From NCBI RefSeq assembly GCF_000007005.1, contig NC_002754.1: a stretch of DNA of 64,000 nucleotides; one strand, 5' to 3'. Below, in pieces: positions 42,870-53,735 of the stretch. The notes beneath the pieces were generated by a model. The model did no database searches. It saw only the letters and a program-made list of their open reading frames with translations, and was not told where the DNA came from. The position numbers and the translations under genes are program-made. Position 1 is the first letter of the stretch, and each line of letters opens with the position of its first letter. Origin of the DNA: Saccharolobus solfataricus P2 (GTDB lineage Archaea; Thermoproteota; Thermoprotei_A; Sulfolobales; Sulfolobaceae).

Positions 42870-43895
42870 ATGCATTTAGGAAAGATAAATGAGGATGTAT
42901 TTAACAAGGTAATCTATCCTCACCTTGGAGAGAGACGAAAGGAAGTAGTTGTCGGTCCTCAGCATGGAGTTGATACTGGAGCAATAGATCTTCAAGATGG
43001 TAGAGTCTTGGTAGTAAAGACTGATCCAGTATTCATCGTTCCTCAATTTGGGTTTAAAAAAGCTGCGTGGTTCGCAGTTCACATTTTAGCTAGCGATGTT
43101 ATGACCTCTGGAATTCCACCCGAGTATGCTGTAATAGATCTAAATTTACCGCCCAGAATCAAAGATGAGGAATTTGAAGAGATGTGGATTGGGATTCACG
43201 AGGCGTTAAAGGAGATTGGAGTAATGGTAGTTGGAGGTCATACAGGTGTCTATGAGGGTACTGACTATCCAATGGTAGGAGGATTCACGATGTTCGGTAT
43301 AGGAGAGAAGGAAAGGTTAGGAATGCCATCTAAGGTTAAGGTTGGAGATAGTGTGATAATGACTAAGGGTCCAGCGATAGAAGCTACCGGCCTTTTAACT
43401 AACCTTTACCCTGAGTATTTTAAGCAAAGATTGAGTAATGAGATTTTTAACGAAGCCTATAACATGTATTGGAAAATGAGTTGTTGGAAAGATGGTTTAA
43501 TAGCGTCCAGAATTGGCATTCACATGATGCATGATGCTACTGAAGGTGGGGTATTTGGAGCATTAACAGAGGTAGCGAGAGCGAGTAGTAAAGGAATGCG
43601 GATATATGAGGAAAGGTTTTTCATCAATAGGGCTGTTAGGGAGGTGACTAAGTTAGTTAATATAGATCCATGGATATCCATAAGTGAAGGTACTATGATC
43701 ATAGTTACTGATAAGGGAGAAGAAGTGAGGAACACGTTGATAAGGGAAGGAATTGAAGCTGAAATAATTGGGGAAATAGTAGACCAAAGCGGAGAGGTAA
43801 CTATGGTAAAGAAAGACGGAAGTAGAGTTAAGATTGAACATCCTTTAGAGGATCCTTTCTGGAGAGCGTTTTTCGATTTAGCTAGCAAAACTTAG
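42870..43895 (+). CDS. AIR synthase-related (HypE/ThiL/PurM-like) protein
   Basis: [23 protein letters not shown]. Confidence 0.88.
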   Translation: MHLGKINEDVFNKVIYPHLGERRKEVVVGPQHGVDTGAIDLQDGRVLVVKTDPVFIVPQFGFKKAAWFAVHILASDVMTSGIPPEYAVIDLNLPPRIKDEEFEEMWIGIHEALKEIGVMVVGGHTGVYEGTDYPMVGGFTMFGIGEKERLGMPSKVKVGDSVIMTKGPAIEATGLLTNLYPEYFKQRLSNEIFNEAYNMYWKMSCWKDGLIASRIGIHMMHDATEGGVFGALTEVARASSKGMRIYEERFFINRAVREVTKLVNIDPWISISEGTMIIVTDKGEEVRNTLIREGIEAEIIGEIVDQSGEVTMVKKDGSRVKIEHPLEDPFWRAFFDLASKT

Positions 43896-44790
43896 TAATT
43901 ACTTTCTCGATAACTTCTTTAGTTTTTTCCTTAAATTTTCCCTCTCTGATCTCTTCGCAAACAATTTCTCTGAATTCCTCCATCTCTTCTAAATATTCTG
44001 TTAAAACTTTTATGGCTTCTTTCTCATTAGTTTCAGTTAGGATCTCTACTTCAGTTAGTTTAATGTAAGGATTATCTGGATCAATTTCTAAAGCTCTCTT
44101 TATTGTATTATAAGCCTCGTTTGTCCTTCCCATAAAAAGTAATGTCTCAGCTTTACCTTGATAGTAATATGGATCTTCAGGGTTTGCACTAATAGCCTTA
44201 TTGAAATACTCAAGAGCTTGATCATATTTTCCCATTGTGAAATATGTGTAAGCTATTGCGTAGAGGTTTTTGTCATCGTTCAAGTTAGTCTTATATTCCT
44301 CAATCGCCTCATTGTATTTCTTCAATTGAAATAAAATATCACCTCTTAACTTATGAACTTCCGAAGAGTCGTCAATTTCTAAAGCTTTATTAACTTTTTC
44401 CAAAGCCTTTTCGTAGTCCTCCAGTTCATATAAGATGTTAGCCATATAGTAATAATATTTCTTTTCCTTATTTGGTAAATCCTTATCCATCTCCAATGAA
44501 AGTTGAAGTTCCTTTAATGCCCTCCTTATTAGTTTTTCATCACTAATATTATATCCTTCCATATATAGCGAATAGCCTAAAAGACAGTGATATTTTGCCT
44601 CATCCTTCTTAAGCCTTATTGCTTTTCTTAAGTTGTCTATTGCCCTTCTATATTTTCCAATCTTAAAATACACTAACCCCATTAGATAGTATAATTCAGG
44701 GTCATCTTTCTTTTGCTCTATTTCTTCTTTTATCCTCTTTAAGGCTTCATTATACTTTCCTCTATTTATTAGCTCTAATATTTCACTCAT
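43882..44790 (-). CDS. tetratricopeptide-repeat protein
   Basis: multiple TPR motifs (YYLMGLVY, A...NKA...NP.D). Confidence 0.9.
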   Translation of the reverse strand: MSEILELINRGKYNEALKRIKEEIEQKKDDPELYYLMGLVYFKIGKYRRAIDNLRKAIRLKKDEAKYHCLLGYSLYMEGYNISDEKLIRRALKELQLSLEMDKDLPNKEKKYYYYMANILYELEDYEKALEKVNKALEIDDSSEVHKLRGDILFQLKKYNEAIEEYKTNLNDDKNLYAIAYTYFTMGKYDQALEYFNKAISANPEDPYYYQGKAETLLFMGRTNEAYNTIKRALEIDPDNPYIKLTEVEILTETNEKEAIKVLTEYLEEMEEFREIVCEEIREGKFKEKTKEVIEKVITKFC

Positions 44791-44909
44791 CTCCTCTTCA
44801 TTAACTTCCCTTATTTAATAACGTTTTCTTTTGTTCACTAGTTTTATGTCTTCAATTTCTATATTAATATTAAGATAACCATTTATTTTTCAAATTCCAC
44901 CCTACATGT

Positions 44910-45539
44910 ATGGAAATTAACGTTGATCAGATTAATCTAATGACGAAGAAGGGTTTAAGAGGTGATTTGAAAAACTTTGAGAGTGTATTAGACTTTCTGG
45001 AGAAATACGGAAATGCAACCATAGTAAAATATGGTATGTATTCTTTAGTATTTCAAATTGCAATGAATAAGTTCATAGATATTTCGAAAGAATGTGAGGA
45101 GTGTGGAGGGAAGTGTTGTCAAATTGGTTATCCCGTACCCGTCTATGGATTTGATTATGAGGAGTTAAGAAATAAACTAAGTATGGAGGATTTGAAAAAA
45201 TTGGAAAAAGTAGATAGTAACTTATTTTTGTTAAGAAGACCTTGTAAATTTCAAAAAGGATGGTATTGTAGTATTCATAAATTTAAACCATATGCGTGTC
45301 TCTCATATCCATTTGCGACGGAAGATGAGCAGAGGGACGCAATTAATTCATACGATGGAAAGGGTATTCCAGATTTTAAAGTACCTGAATATTGTAAAGC
45401 AGGGATGCGAGTAAAGCATATTATGAACCAAATTATTACTGATTTAACTAACAAATTGGGCAGACCACCTACTCCGAGAGAGCTATATAATGAGTTAAAA
45501 TCAAGATATTATAAAAATGAGGAAACCACCAGTAAATGA
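44910..45539 (+). CDS. YkgJ/UPF0153 cysteine-cluster protein
   Basis: CEECGGKCC and CKF....CSIH..KP.AC..YP. Confidence 0.85.
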   Translation: MEINVDQINLMTKKGLRGDLKNFESVLDFLEKYGNATIVKYGMYSLVFQIAMNKFIDISKECEECGGKCCQIGYPVPVYGFDYEELRNKLSMEDLKKLEKVDSNLFLLRRPCKFQKGWYCSIHKFKPYACLSYPFATEDEQRDAINSYDGKGIPDFKVPEYCKAGMRVKHIMNQIITDLTNKLGRPPTPRELYNELKSRYYKNEETTSK

Positions 45540-45616
45540 ACTGATGATTAAACCTTCAGTGGGCTGATTTTAACTAGGATATTTTTAAAAGTAGAAATTC
45601 ACTATATTTAGTAGAT

Positions 45617-47053
45617 ATGAAAGCCCTTTCAACTCTTGCAATGGCTGTAATAATAATAGTTGTAATAGCTGTAGTGGCTGCTGCAGCATATCTGATTACC
45701 TCAAGTAGTCATCATCCCTCTATTTCAACGACAACTACACCGATTATAGCTACCAACACAACCGCACCAATTACATTAACAGTAGTCACATTTAGTGGGC
45801 AGTCTGCAAACTTTATCCAATACGCTGGTAACTTATTCCATCAACTACACCCAAATGTTCAAGTTGAAGTTATCCAATATCCATTTAGCGAGTACATTCA
45901 GAAAGAACTTACGGCACTTGAAGCTCATTCCTCCCAATATGATATTATAGGCTTCACTTCAACTTCTGCTCTAGATGTCGCATCATATTTGTTGCCTATA
46001 AACGAGTCAGTTTTCAATTTCTCCGACATAATATACCCTCAAGAAGATTTTGGAGGATTGTATTATAACGTATCCACTAATAAAACTGAAGTGATAGGTA
46101 TCGCATATGAAACTGCAGTTTACTTAATGGCATATAATGCTACAATATTTAATAATCAAACCTTGGCACAAGAATTTGAACAAGAGTATCATATGAATTT
46201 TTCACCAATTACATATAAGAACTGGAGTGTAGTTTTAGATGTTGATCAATTCCTAACTTCACACCATATCACAAAATACGGTTTCCTAATAGACGATCAT
46301 GTCGCACACGGAATTATTGACGCATTTCCTGCAGTATTTGGCTGGTATTATTTTAGAAATAATTCATTAAATATGGGTAATCCAGCAGGTTTACCTAACT
46401 ATAACATAATGTTTGAGGGTAGAATATTACCAGGTTTTAATTATCCTCTACCATCGTTTAATTCTTCCTCTGGCGTGCAAGCTCTAATTACCTATAGGGA
46501 ATTAGTAAGTTATGAGCCCAGTCCTTCACAGATTCAAATATCGTATGATAACCTACCAGCATTCTTCTCTCAAGGAGCTGGCGCATTTCTATTCACATCT
46601 CAATTAAGTTATATAAATAACTCTAAAGATGTACTACTCGCACCATTACCTGGGGGATATGCGGAAACCGGAACTGACTTTTTAGGAATTAGTAAGTACT
46701 CATCACATCCTCAATTAGCTCTAGAATTCTTGCAATTTTTAGTATCCCCTAAGGTGCAAGAGATTGCATTCCTAAAATATGGTAAATTCCCGATCTCTAA
46801 ACAAGCGTTTCTTTCACTAATAAGCAACTCGTCACTTCCTTCTTATAAAAGGGAATGGCTGCAAGAGACTTATTACGCAGCGTTAAATGCCACAGCAAAT
46901 CCACCAAATATTCCACAAACATATCCTGCATTAATTCCAAGCTTTAATAATGAGGCATTTCAGTTCTTAACTTCACCTCAATATAATGAGACATATGCTA
47001 TGAACGTATTACAACAAGCTGCAAATGCATGGATTAAGGCACTTTCTTCATAG
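45617..47053 (+). CDS. sugar ABC solute-binding protein with class III (PibD) signal peptide
   Basis: MKA/LS + hydrophobic helix + ST-rich linker; SBP family 1 pattern. Confidence 0.88.
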   Translation: MKALSTLAMAVIIIVVIAVVAAAAYLITSSSHHPSISTTTTPIIATNTTAPITLTVVTFSGQSANFIQYAGNLFHQLHPNVQVEVIQYPFSEYIQKELTALEAHSSQYDIIGFTSTSALDVASYLLPINESVFNFSDIIYPQEDFGGLYYNVSTNKTEVIGIAYETAVYLMAYNATIFNNQTLAQEFEQEYHMNFSPITYKNWSVVLDVDQFLTSHHITKYGFLIDDHVAHGIIDAFPAVFGWYYFRNNSLNMGNPAGLPNYNIMFEGRILPGFNYPLPSFNSSSGVQALITYRELVSYEPSPSQIQISYDNLPAFFSQGAGAFLFTSQLSYINNSKDVLLAPLPGGYAETGTDFLGISKYSSHPQLALEFLQFLVSPKVQEIAFLKYGKFPISKQAFLSLISNSSLPSYKREWLQETYYAALNATANPPNIPQTYPALIPSFNNEAFQFLTSPQYNETYAMNVLQQAANAWIKALSS

Positions 47054-47095
47054 TAAAAGCTAATATTTTTTATTTTTATATCTTATTGATAGTTC

Positions 47096-48040
47096 GTGAT
47101 TACGCTAAAGGAAGTTACGAAGTTTTTTGGGAGTTTTAAGGTTATAGACAGCATTAGCCTTAATGTGGAGAAAGGAGAATTTTTCGTAATTTTAGGTAAA
47201 TCCGGTTCTGGCAAAACTACCTTGTTAAGACTAATTGCGGGTTTAGAAAAAGTTAGTAGTGGGAAAATACTTATTAGTAACGAAGACGTCACTGATTTAC
47301 CACCCTCCAAGAGAGATATTGGGATGGTTTTTCAGAGTTATGCGTTATATCCAAATAAAAAAGTCTTTGAGAACTTGATGATTGCATTGGAAAATTCGGA
47401 AATTAACAAGAAGGATAAGGAGGAGAGAATTATAGAAATCTCGAAGCAACTCGAAATATATCATTTAATGGATAAATATCCAGCTCAACTCTCTGGAGGA
47501 CAACAACAGAGAGTCGCTATAGCTAAAGCACTAGTGAAGAGACCAAAAGTATTATTGATGGACGAACCCTTATCTAACCTCGACGTACAGCTAAGGTATT
47601 CAGCGAGGAAATTAATCAAGAAAGTTCAAAAGGAGTTTAATATCACAACAATATATGTTACGCATGATTCAAATGAAGCCTTAGCAATTGCAGATAGAAT
47701 TGGTGTAATTGATAAAGGTAGACTATTGCAAGTGGGAATACCTGAAGATATCTATAATAATCCATTAAGTAAAGAGGTAGCGTCTTTAGTTGGTAATCCT
47801 CCAATGAGTTTCGTTAAAATTGATGGGAAGATAATTGGCGTTAGACCAGATAACATCATTATAAAGGATAATGGAACGTATGAGGGAATTGTGAGTAATT
47901 GTGAATTTTGGGGTTCATACTATTTAATTTACATAGATTTCATCGATAATGAAGTTAAAGCTATAAGTAAGGAAAGGATTAAGGAGGGTTCTAAGGTTAA
48001 ATTCGACTTCATTAGTTATAAGGTGTTTAGTAATGATTAA
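47096..48040 (+). CDS. CUT1 sugar ABC ATPase
   Basis: GKSGSGKT, VFQSYALYP, LSGGQQQR, DEPLSNLD; GTG start. Confidence 0.93.
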   Translation: MITLKEVTKFFGSFKVIDSISLNVEKGEFFVILGKSGSGKTTLLRLIAGLEKVSSGKILISNEDVTDLPPSKRDIGMVFQSYALYPNKKVFENLMIALENSEINKKDKEERIIEISKQLEIYHLMDKYPAQLSGGQQQRVAIAKALVKRPKVLLMDEPLSNLDVQLRYSARKLIKKVQKEFNITTIYVTHDSNEALAIADRIGVIDKGRLLQVGIPEDIYNNPLSKEVASLVGNPPMSFVKIDGKIIGVRPDNIIIKDNGTYEGIVSNCEFWGSYYLIYIDFIDNEVKAISKERIKEGSKVKFDFISYKVFSND

Positions 48041-49679
48041 GTATTCTGTCCCTTATTTGGTATATATTGCAGTTTTTGGTATAATACCATTAATTCTAAC
48101 CTTTGTTATCGTAGGCATTAATTTCTCAGGTGCAATAAAGTCTTCCTTTAGTGTTGCTCCTCCACCGGAAATAATATATAATACGTTTTTCTTCTCGTTA
48201 TTCACAGCGGTGGTATCAACATTATTAGGATATATTCTAGCCATCACAGTTGATATATACCCTAAAAAATTACTAATTCTTTTAATATTACTACCATTTA
48301 CAATACCATTTACGGCATCAGCATTGATATGGGTTATAAGTTTTTACGGAGGTTATGGATGGTTCACATACTTTTTGGGTATAAATTATGATCCATTATA
48401 CTTTTCCAAAAGTGCATTATTTGCGGTAAGTCTAGTAAGTGCGTGGAGTTCTGTCCCCTTAGCCTTCCTTTTAATTTTGGCATCATTAAAGAGTATTCCA
48501 AAGGAGATCAAAGAGTCTTCTCAGATAGACGGTTTAACATTATCTCAGTATTATTTTAAAGTAGCATTTCCGTACTCATTAAAGGGGATCCTATTAGCCT
48601 TTTTGATAACCTTTGTCCTATCCATGGGTAACTTTGATTTACCTTATGTTATGACTCAAGGAGGTCCTGGGTTCTCTACAACAACATTACCTCTAATTGT
48701 ATATTTTATGATGTTTCAGTACGATAACTTTTCCGGTGGAGCACTTTTCGCGTCTATTTTAGCGTTAATAGCTTCGATACCGGCAATCGGTGTAGCGTTA
48801 TTAGTGAAAAGCAAGGGCTTCAGATTTTCTCTTCCAGCAATAAAAATTCCGGATAAAATATTTAAAATAATAGCGTTACTGATTTCTTTAATTATTATAA
48901 TATTCTTAGACTTTCCTGTATATTGGATGGTATTAGTAGCTACCAGACCAAATACCTTAGATTTCTTAAAACCTCCAGTTTTAATTCCCAAGGAGTTTAC
49001 TCTTTCATACCTAGTTTCGTCCTTAGAATCATCTGTTCCATACATTATATCTTCCATTATTGTATCATTAATCGTAGGTGTCCTTACAATACTTCTATCT
49101 AGTCTAGGAGCTTATGAGGGAGCAAGAAAGTTCTGGTTCTGGTTATTATTGTTATCAATTTACCTCTATGCCTTACCATCGACCTCTTACATTATTCCAG
49201 TATATTTAATGACGTCTGATTTACATTTAATAAACACTTGGATAGGACTGGCATTACCTTCGGCAATATTCACCGCCTCATTTGCCTTTTGGACGATGTT
49301 TAACTTTTACATAGATTTTCCAAAAGTGTACGAGGAAGCCGCTGAAATTGACGGCATGAAGAACAAAATACTAAAATTAATATTGCCGCTCTCAAGACCA
49401 TTTCTAATTGCGACGTTTGTAATATCATTTACATTTGCATGGCACCTTCTATTCTATCCTTTAGTTCTGAGTGAGACTCCCTATCAAATGAACTTTCCAC
49501 CAACTGGGAGTGAGACTGCAACAATTTTCGCTCTAAATGCCATAAGTCAAGGGTCAGTTAATTGGGCCTTATTAGCCTCATCAGCTCTAGTAGCATCATT
49601 ACCTGTCGTAATAGTATCATATGTGGCGCAAGATTACATGTTAAGGGGCTTATACTCTGGTGGTGTTAAGGGAGCATGA
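48033..49679 (+). CDS. fused double sugar ABC permease
   Basis: two EAA loops (ESSQIDG, EEAAEIDG). Confidence 0.9.
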   Translation: MIKYSVPYLVYIAVFGIIPLILTFVIVGINFSGAIKSSFSVAPPPEIIYNTFFFSLFTAVVSTLLGYILAITVDIYPKKLLILLILLPFTIPFTASALIWVISFYGGYGWFTYFLGINYDPLYFSKSALFAVSLVSAWSSVPLAFLLILASLKSIPKEIKESSQIDGLTLSQYYFKVAFPYSLKGILLAFLITFVLSMGNFDLPYVMTQGGPGFSTTTLPLIVYFMMFQYDNFSGGALFASILALIASIPAIGVALLVKSKGFRFSLPAIKIPDKIFKIIALLISLIIIIFLDFPVYWMVLVATRPNTLDFLKPPVLIPKEFTLSYLVSSLESSVPYIISSIIVSLIVGVLTILLSSLGAYEGARKFWFWLLLLSIYLYALPSTSYIIPVYLMTSDLHLINTWIGLALPSAIFTASFAFWTMFNFYIDFPKVYEEAAEIDGMKNKILKLILPLSRPFLIATFVISFTFAWHLLFYPLVLSETPYQMNFPPTGSETATIFALNAISQGSVNWALLASSALVASLPVVIVSYVAQDYMLRGLYSGGVKGA

Positions 49680-49763
49680 TAATTGATCAACTCGTTAACA
49701 ATTACCGGGTTTACCGTTTATTAAGCAAACTTTTTAAGGTCTAATGTACCAGTTTTAGACACG

Positions 49764-51173
49764 ATGAATACTAACTCTATCCTGATTGTATTAACTCTAG
49801 GATCTCTAATGGCTGCAGTGGATACTACAATAGTATTATTAGCACTTCCTACTATTACATCGAGCTTACATACCGACTTATTGTCGTCAATATGGGTGCT
49901 TTTAGCTTACATGATAGTTATTTCAGTTTTATCAACACAAGCTGGCAGAATAGGGGATTTATTTGGAAAAGGAAAGATCTATAATTTAGGATTTGTAATA
50001 TTTACAGCAGCGTCAGCCTTATGTGGTATTTCAAGTAATATAGATATGCTGATTGTATTTAGAATTATACAAGCTATTGGTGGGTCAATGTTGGTGGCTA
50101 ACAGTTCATCCATAGTGGCTGATGTTTTTCCACCTAATAGAAGAGGTAAGGCTTATGGAATAACTAGTTTAGGTTGGAACATAGGGGCGTTAGTGGGTAT
50201 TGTTTTAGGTGGAGTTTTGACTACTTTCTTTGGCTGGCAATACATATTTTACATTAATGTACCGATTGGAATAGTCGCAGTCCTTTTAGGAGTAATGAAC
50301 ATTAAGGATATCAATAAGGTTAATACGAAACTGGATATGCTTGGAGCAATCCTTTTGGGCATTTCATTAGCATTAATATCGTTATCATTAATGTTTATTG
50401 CGGCATCTGGAATTTCTACTGATAATATTATAGAGTTAGCTTTAGGTGTAGCGTTAATACCATTTTTCCTATTAAATGAAACTAGGAGTAAATATCCTAT
50501 ATTAAATTTGAAAATATTTAAAATAAGGCTTTTAACGTATTCAATCTTAGCTAATTTCCTCCAAGGGATTGGAGGGCTTTCCTTGAGTTTCTTACTTATA
50601 ATGTATCTTCAAGGCGTTAGAGGACTTAGCCCTTTAGATAGTTCCTTATTATTGACACCAGGTTATGTTATTGCTAGCATTTTAGCTCCATTTATGGGAA
50701 GAGTAGCGGATAGGGGAAAGCCGGGTATTGTAGCTGGTATAGGTTTGATGTTCATTTTCATTACCATGATTCTGTACTTCTTCTTACTAACACCGACTAC
50801 TGACTATTATTTAATTGTAGGAATTAGTGCAATTACTGGTATAGGCTCTGCGATGTTTTGGCCGTCCAACTCAACTGCTATAATGTTTCATGCACCTAAA
50901 GAATATTACGGTTCGGTCTCGGGTTTATCCAGAACGTTAGGGAATATAGGTACTATTCTAAGTTACGTTTTAAGTATAGTAGTTGCAACTTTAAGTATAC
51001 CCAGAAGTGTTGCCTTTGAGATATTCATAGGAACTACCACGTTGAATGGGGACGTCAGTGTAACGTTTGTTAATGGATTACATTTTGCTTTTCTCATATC
51101 TTCGATTATAATAGTAGTAGCTATGATATTCTCTTTTATGAGTGGGAAAACTCAAGAAAGTGCCATCAAATAG
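49764..51173 (+). CDS. MFS transporter (DHA2-like)
   Basis: GRIGDLFGK, PPNRRG; 14 TM. Confidence 0.92.
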   Translation: MNTNSILIVLTLGSLMAAVDTTIVLLALPTITSSLHTDLLSSIWVLLAYMIVISVLSTQAGRIGDLFGKGKIYNLGFVIFTAASALCGISSNIDMLIVFRIIQAIGGSMLVANSSSIVADVFPPNRRGKAYGITSLGWNIGALVGIVLGGVLTTFFGWQYIFYINVPIGIVAVLLGVMNIKDINKVNTKLDMLGAILLGISLALISLSLMFIAASGISTDNIIELALGVALIPFFLLNETRSKYPILNLKIFKIRLLTYSILANFLQGIGGLSLSFLLIMYLQGVRGLSPLDSSLLLTPGYVIASILAPFMGRVADRGKPGIVAGIGLMFIFITMILYFFLLTPTTDYYLIVGISAITGIGSAMFWPSNSTAIMFHAPKEYYGSVSGLSRTLGNIGTILSYVLSIVVATLSIPRSVAFEIFIGTTTLNGDVSVTFVNGLHFAFLISSIIIVVAMIFSFMSGKTQESAIK

Positions 51174-52119
51174 AATCCATTTTTATTAGTACTTTTATGT
51201 TAGGTAGTTCTATTACATATTTTCTGAACCACTCGTTAATATTGTCTATATAACCTACCTTATCCACTATTTTGTTAAATTTTTCTTGATTTTCACTAAC
51301 TATCTTTATGGAATTTAAAAAATCATCTTTACTATATATTATTGAACCTCTAATTATTACTTCATTTCTAACTATAATATCTCTATTTAAACTGATCTGT
51401 TCATTATCTAATCCGGTAATTATTAACTCAGATCTAGCTATAGAATTTTTGAGAATTGACTGGGCTAGTACCATACTCTCTTGATTATTTATAGTATCTA
51501 TCACTGCAACTCTGTCATCAAATTTTAATTCCTTAGTTGTTCTAAAGCCCTTCTCCTTAAGGATTTCTTCCTTTCTACTATCCTTCTCTATAACGAAAGT
51601 TTCTAATCCATTTATTTCAGCTACTATTGAAACCAGAGTTCCAGTGCTACCGCCTCCTATTATTATTACCTTCTCTATCTCTTTGTCTATCTTATTTAAC
51701 GCAGCAACAGCAACTGCCGTAGGTTCTACTAAAGCTCCTAATTTCAAATCTAAGGTGTAGGGTATTCTAAACACGAAATCTTTAGGTACGTTGATATATT
51801 CCGCCATTCCGCCATCAGCATTAACTCCAATTGATATTTTATTTTTACAACTGTTATAAAATCCTCTTCTACAATTATTACAGTAACCGCACCAATAATT
51901 TGGGAAAATAGCTACCTTCTCCCCTTTTTCAGTTATCCCGGATATTTCATGTCCTAAGACAAGTGGTTCCTTAACTGGCTTTTTACCTAAATAAATATTC
52001 TTATCAGTACCACATATTCCTATGTATTTAGGAAAAACCTTTACTTCATTCGGTTTAGGAAGCTCATCTCTAACATTTTCTTTAACGAAATTTCCATTAA
52101 TAAAAAATACCTTCCACAA
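51166..52119 (-). CDS. zinc-dependent (MDR) polyol/threonine dehydrogenase-like protein
   Basis: CGTD, GHE, CGYCNNC...C structural Zn, VEP; GTG start. Confidence 0.9.
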   Translation of the reverse strand: MWKVFFINGNFVKENVRDELPKPNEVKVFPKYIGICGTDKNIYLGKKPVKEPLVLGHEISGITEKGEKVAIFPNYWCGYCNNCRRGFYNSCKNKISIGVNADGGMAEYINVPKDFVFRIPYTLDLKLGALVEPTAVAVAALNKIDKEIEKVIIIGGGSTGTLVSIVAEINGLETFVIEKDSRKEEILKEKGFRTTKELKFDDRVAVIDTINNQESMVLAQSILKNSIARSELIITGLDNEQISLNRDIIVRNEVIIRGSIIYSKDDFLNSIKIVSENQEKFNKIVDKVGYIDNINEWFRKYVIELPNIKVLIKMDSI

Positions 52120-52121
52120 TC

Positions 52122-53381
52122 TTAGCTCACCTTTATTTGCCTATAGTTAGTTATTATTACTGTTCCGATGAAGTATATAAGACCTATCCCAATTAAGATT
52201 TCCATTCCTAAGAGATATGCTTTGGTGACTTCCACAGTAGCACCAAATACTATTGGTACTATTATACCCCATAGAGTTTCCCAAAAGCCAATATGACCAC
52301 CAAATTGACCAGCTAATTCAGTAGAAACTAGAAAGGATGGTGCTGCCCATTGTATCCCCGACCATCTTAGGAAGAAGAAAGTTACCATTAGTATTTCAAC
52401 TGCTTCTATCGGTGAAGAAATGAGAGTAGCAGCTGCAAGACCTATAGTTACTGCCAAAGAGCTAACCGCAAATCCTACTTTGAAACCTAAATTGGGATTT
52501 CTCTTAATTAATTTGTCAACGACATAACCTCCTACTAACTCTCCTATGAAGCCAAAGCTCCAAATCAATGCAGTGTATTCTAATGTAAACGATAGAGAAA
52601 GATGTCTAGCGTAAAAAAGATATAAAGGCAACCAAGTAAATAGACCGAAGAATATCCCAGCTTGCGCACCCAAACCTTGCATATAACCCCAGTAATTTTT
52701 ACTTCTTAACCAATATGACAATGGAAGCTTAGTTTTCACGCCAACCTTTTCTCTGCCTGACAAAATGTAGTCTAATTCTTCCTTAGAAATCTTCGGATGC
52801 TGTTCTGGTAAATCATACAAAAGGCGACCTAATATGATAGCTAGAATTATAGCCAAAAGACCACTAACTAAAAATCCCAACCTCCACGCTAATTCTTGGT
52901 TAGGAATTATTGCAAACAATCCCAACATAAATAAGGAACCGAAAACTATCCCTAAATTCACCCCAGAATCTGAAATGGTACCACCTCTAGCCTTTTCGTC
53001 TTTTCTAAGCCAATTTGCGACTATCTTTGTAACTCCTGGGAAACCTACTGCTTCTCCAATTCCCAATAATACTCTAGTTACTATAAAGTAAAAAGTTGAG
53101 AAAGCAAATACATTAATAGCTTGTACAGCCCCCCAAAGGATTGCAAATCTACTAAAAACCCTTTTAGGTCCGTACTTGTCCAAAAAATAACCAACTAAAG
53201 GGTTCATTATAAGATATCCAAAAGTGAAACCATCTCCAATTATTCCAGCTTCAAAAGAACTTATGTGGAATTCACTTTTTAGTACTGGTAGTGCAGTATT
53301 GATTAGCCCCCTATCTATGTAGTCTACTATAATTAATGCAAATATAATCAGAACGATCTTCCATCTTAGATTTCCTTTCAT
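52122..53381 (-). CDS. MFS anion:cation symporter (ACS; galactonate/allantoate permease-like)
   Basis: DYIDR, GYFLDKYG, RVLLGIGEA, W....E.ARG. Confidence 0.88.
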   Translation of the reverse strand: MKGNLRWKIVLIIFALIIVDYIDRGLINTALPVLKSEFHISSFEAGIIGDGFTFGYLIMNPLVGYFLDKYGPKRVFSRFAILWGAVQAINVFAFSTFYFIVTRVLLGIGEAVGFPGVTKIVANWLRKDEKARGGTISDSGVNLGIVFGSLFMLGLFAIIPNQELAWRLGFLVSGLLAIILAIILGRLLYDLPEQHPKISKEELDYILSGREKVGVKTKLPLSYWLRSKNYWGYMQGLGAQAGIFFGLFTWLPLYLFYARHLSLSFTLEYTALIWSFGFIGELVGGYVVDKLIKRNPNLGFKVGFAVSSLAVTIGLAAATLISSPIEAVEILMVTFFFLRWSGIQWAAPSFLVSTELAGQFGGHIGFWETLWGIIVPIVFGATVEVTKAYLLGMEILIGIGLIYFIGTVIITNYRQIKVS

Positions 53382-53735
53382 TAGTGAAGAATATAATTAG
53401 ATATATATAAGTTATTACGTTTACAAGTTTATTAAAAAGACTGAATGATAGTAAATAGTTTAAATTTACGATATATACTTAACTTGAAAAGTTATTTTCG
53501 AATTCTTATGACTTAATACCTCATCACATTTAATCCTATCTAAACCGTTTAACCAGTCGATAAACCTCTTCACATTTTTAAGAAATAGGATTCCATTTAA
53601 CTATGGCTCTAATCACACTAATTATCTTGAGACCCTAGAGAGGAAGGGATTAGTTATCTTAAAGAAATAAGGTTTTACCGATCTCCTTAAATAGCATCGT
53701 TAAGGATTTTTAACCTATAGCTAATATATTATTTA

